From Mobula hypostoma (Eukaryota): a stretch of 64,000 nt of DNA. Shown here piece after piece: positions 62,033 through 64,000 of this stretch (positions are counted from its first letter, which is position 1; each line of letters opens with the position of its first letter). Made by a program: the position numbers and the translations under genes. The stretch is taken from positions 38,132,001 to 38,196,000 of the forward strand of contig NC_086108.1 in NCBI RefSeq assembly GCF_963921235.1, written 5' to 3'. The notes beneath the pieces are model-generated. The model worked only from the letters and a program-made list of their open reading frames with translations, did no database searches and was not told the origin of the DNA.

Positions 62033-64000
62033 TCCATACCATGATGACTGCTCCGACTAGAGACAACAAGGCTCCATGAAGCGGCGGTCCTCCAACCAGG
62101 TCTAGAGATCACAAATGGCTGCTCTAGCATTTCACCGGTGGGTTGCTCGAAGGGGATACTGACAAGTTGAACCAGCACCCACACTCGATCCCAGGGCCAC
62201 TTATATTCCCAGCCCAAGGACGAGCATCAGGTGCCTATGATTAAGCCCAATGGAAACAAGGGACAGCCGGAAAACCCGGAGTCCACGGACCGCACCGTGA
62301 ACCGAAATGCCTTCTTCACGGACCAGACCATGACAGCAGGATGGTAGTTCAGACAATAGAATGCTCCTCCTGTGAGATGTTGGATTTCAGGTTACCTAAT
62401 GGTCTTTCTAATGATGTCATCTGCAGGAGTACTCCTGATTGACCGGGACAAGGAACTCTAGCTGGAGCTAGACGCACTGAGGACAACCCGAATGGCTGAA
62501 AACTTCATAGATGAGGCTTTATTGAGGTGGTCACACCCAAAGTGCAGGCTTCAGATAGTAAATGGGTGACTGCAAGGAGAAGTACGGGGAGTAGGCAGTC
62601 TGTGCAGGGTTCTCCATGGCCATTCCCCTCAGCAACAAGTATACCCCTTTGGATTCTGCTGGGGGGGAGCGTCGACCTATCAAGGCACAACAACAGCACT
62701 GTGCAACTCGTGGCACTGTGGTCAGCTCTGAGGATCAACAGGGAGGGGTAAAGATAGGCAGGTAGTGACAGGAGACTTGGTAAGTTAGGAGGATGGACAG
62801 CAGAATCTGTGTTCAGCAGAAGAGAAGACAGGATGGTATGTTGCCTCCCAGTTGCTGGAGTCCAGGATGTCTCAGAGCAATTGCAAAAGATTCTCAAGAG
62901 GGAAGATAAAGCCAGAGGTTGTGCTGATATTGGCACAAATGACATAGGTAGAAAGGAGGAAGAATCCTACGTAATGAGTATAGGAAGTTAGGAATGAGGC
63001 TGAGGAGCAGGAATAGAATGATGATACAGGTGAATGAGTGCCTGAGAAGCTGGTGCAGGGGGTAAGGTTTCAGATTTCTGGATCATTGGGATCCCTTCTA
63101 AGGAAGGTAAGACCTGTACAAAATGGATGGGTTACACCTGAACCCCAGGGGGAGCGACATTCTTGCAGGTTTGCTAGAGTTGTTGGGGAGGATTTAAACT
63201 AAGTTTGAAGGGGGATTGGAACTGGAGTGACAGGGCTGAGGATGGGACACTTGATATACAAGTCAATGCAATGTGTAGTGAGACTGTGAGGAAAAACAAG
63301 TAAATGATAGGGCACAATTGCAGTCAGTGGGTTGAGTTGAAGTGTAACATCAAAGAAAAATGAAAAGGGCTATGAATACAGCACTGAAGGTTTTATATTT
63401 GAATGTATGCAGTCTTAGGAATAAGGTAAATGATCTTGTAGCACAGTTAGAGTTGGCAGGAATGATGCTGTGAGCATCACAGAGTCGTGGCAAAAAGAAG
63501 GTCATAGTTGATAGCTTAATGTCCAAGGATACATGTATTGAAAGTACAGGCAGGTGTGGAGAGGGGGTGGTGTGGCTCTGTTGATAAACAACAAATCAAA
63601 TTCTTAGAACAAGGTGACATAGGATCATAAGACGTAGAATCCTGAAAGGTAGAGTTAAGAAATGGCAAGGGTAAAAAGACCCTGATTATACAGCCTTCCA
63701 AACAGCCAGCAGGATGTGAGATATAAATTTCAATGAGAAATAAAAACGACATGTAATAAGGGCAATGTTACAATAATCATGGGGCAGTTCAATATGCAGG
63801 TAGATTCGGAAAATCTGGTTAAAGCTGGATCCCAACAGAGGGAAGTTGTAGAATGCCTATGAGATGGCTTGTTGTTGAGTCCATGAGGGGAAAGGCAATT
63901 CTAGATCAGATGTTGTGTAATGAACCAGATTAGATTAGGGAGCTTAAGGCAAAGGAACCCTTAAGAAGCAGTGGTCATATCATGGAATTCACCCTGCAAT

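Larger units (their letters stand above)
60821..62335 (-). mobile_element. Solo LTR-like element with internal minisatellites
   Basis: TGTCAT...ATGACA termini; perfect 5-bp TSD GCAGG (60816-60820 / 62336-62340); 39-bp x3 and about 68-bp x3 repeats; TATAA on minus strand at about 62201 (orientation tentative). Confidence 0.82.
60590..64000 (+). mobile_element. Decayed CR1-clade LINE: 5' region, ORF1 (zinc finger plus esterase), start of ORF2; runs off the window
   Basis: ECSSCEM..DVIC, VCCLP..VQDVSE, IGTNDIG, FRFLDHW..DLYKMDGLHLN, LKVLYLN..SLRNKVNDL; similar to 32075-33200. 5' boundary approximate. Confidence 0.82.

Overview
Eukaryotic, repeat-dense vertebrate DNA. The SINE/CR1/Rex1/Penelope repertoire suggests a cartilaginous fish such as a ray or shark (inference). 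The only host coding sequence found is one 80-bp minus-strand exon (18645-18724) of a Slo2 Na+-activated K+ channel gene (KCNT1/KCNT2), so the window is probably two very large introns. Most of the rest is transposable elements. They include: a 5'-truncated L1 inside a Tc1; a near-complete Gmr1-type LTR retrotransposon (PR-IN-RT-RH order, SCAN-like Gag, tRNA-Pro PBS, CCAT TSD); Rex1 and CR1 LINEs; tRNA-derived SINEs; Penelope elements with minimal hammerhead ribozyme motifs; and a ~17-kb, up to four-tier nest (Gypsy > LTR element > Tx1/hAT/Tigger > Tc1/MITEs). The most unusual item is a Sleeping Beauty-like Tc1 bounded by two copies of the right end. No prokaryotic features, CRISPR, rRNA or functional tRNA genes were seen. 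Identities are by-eye estimates and family assignments rely on recalled motifs, not searches.
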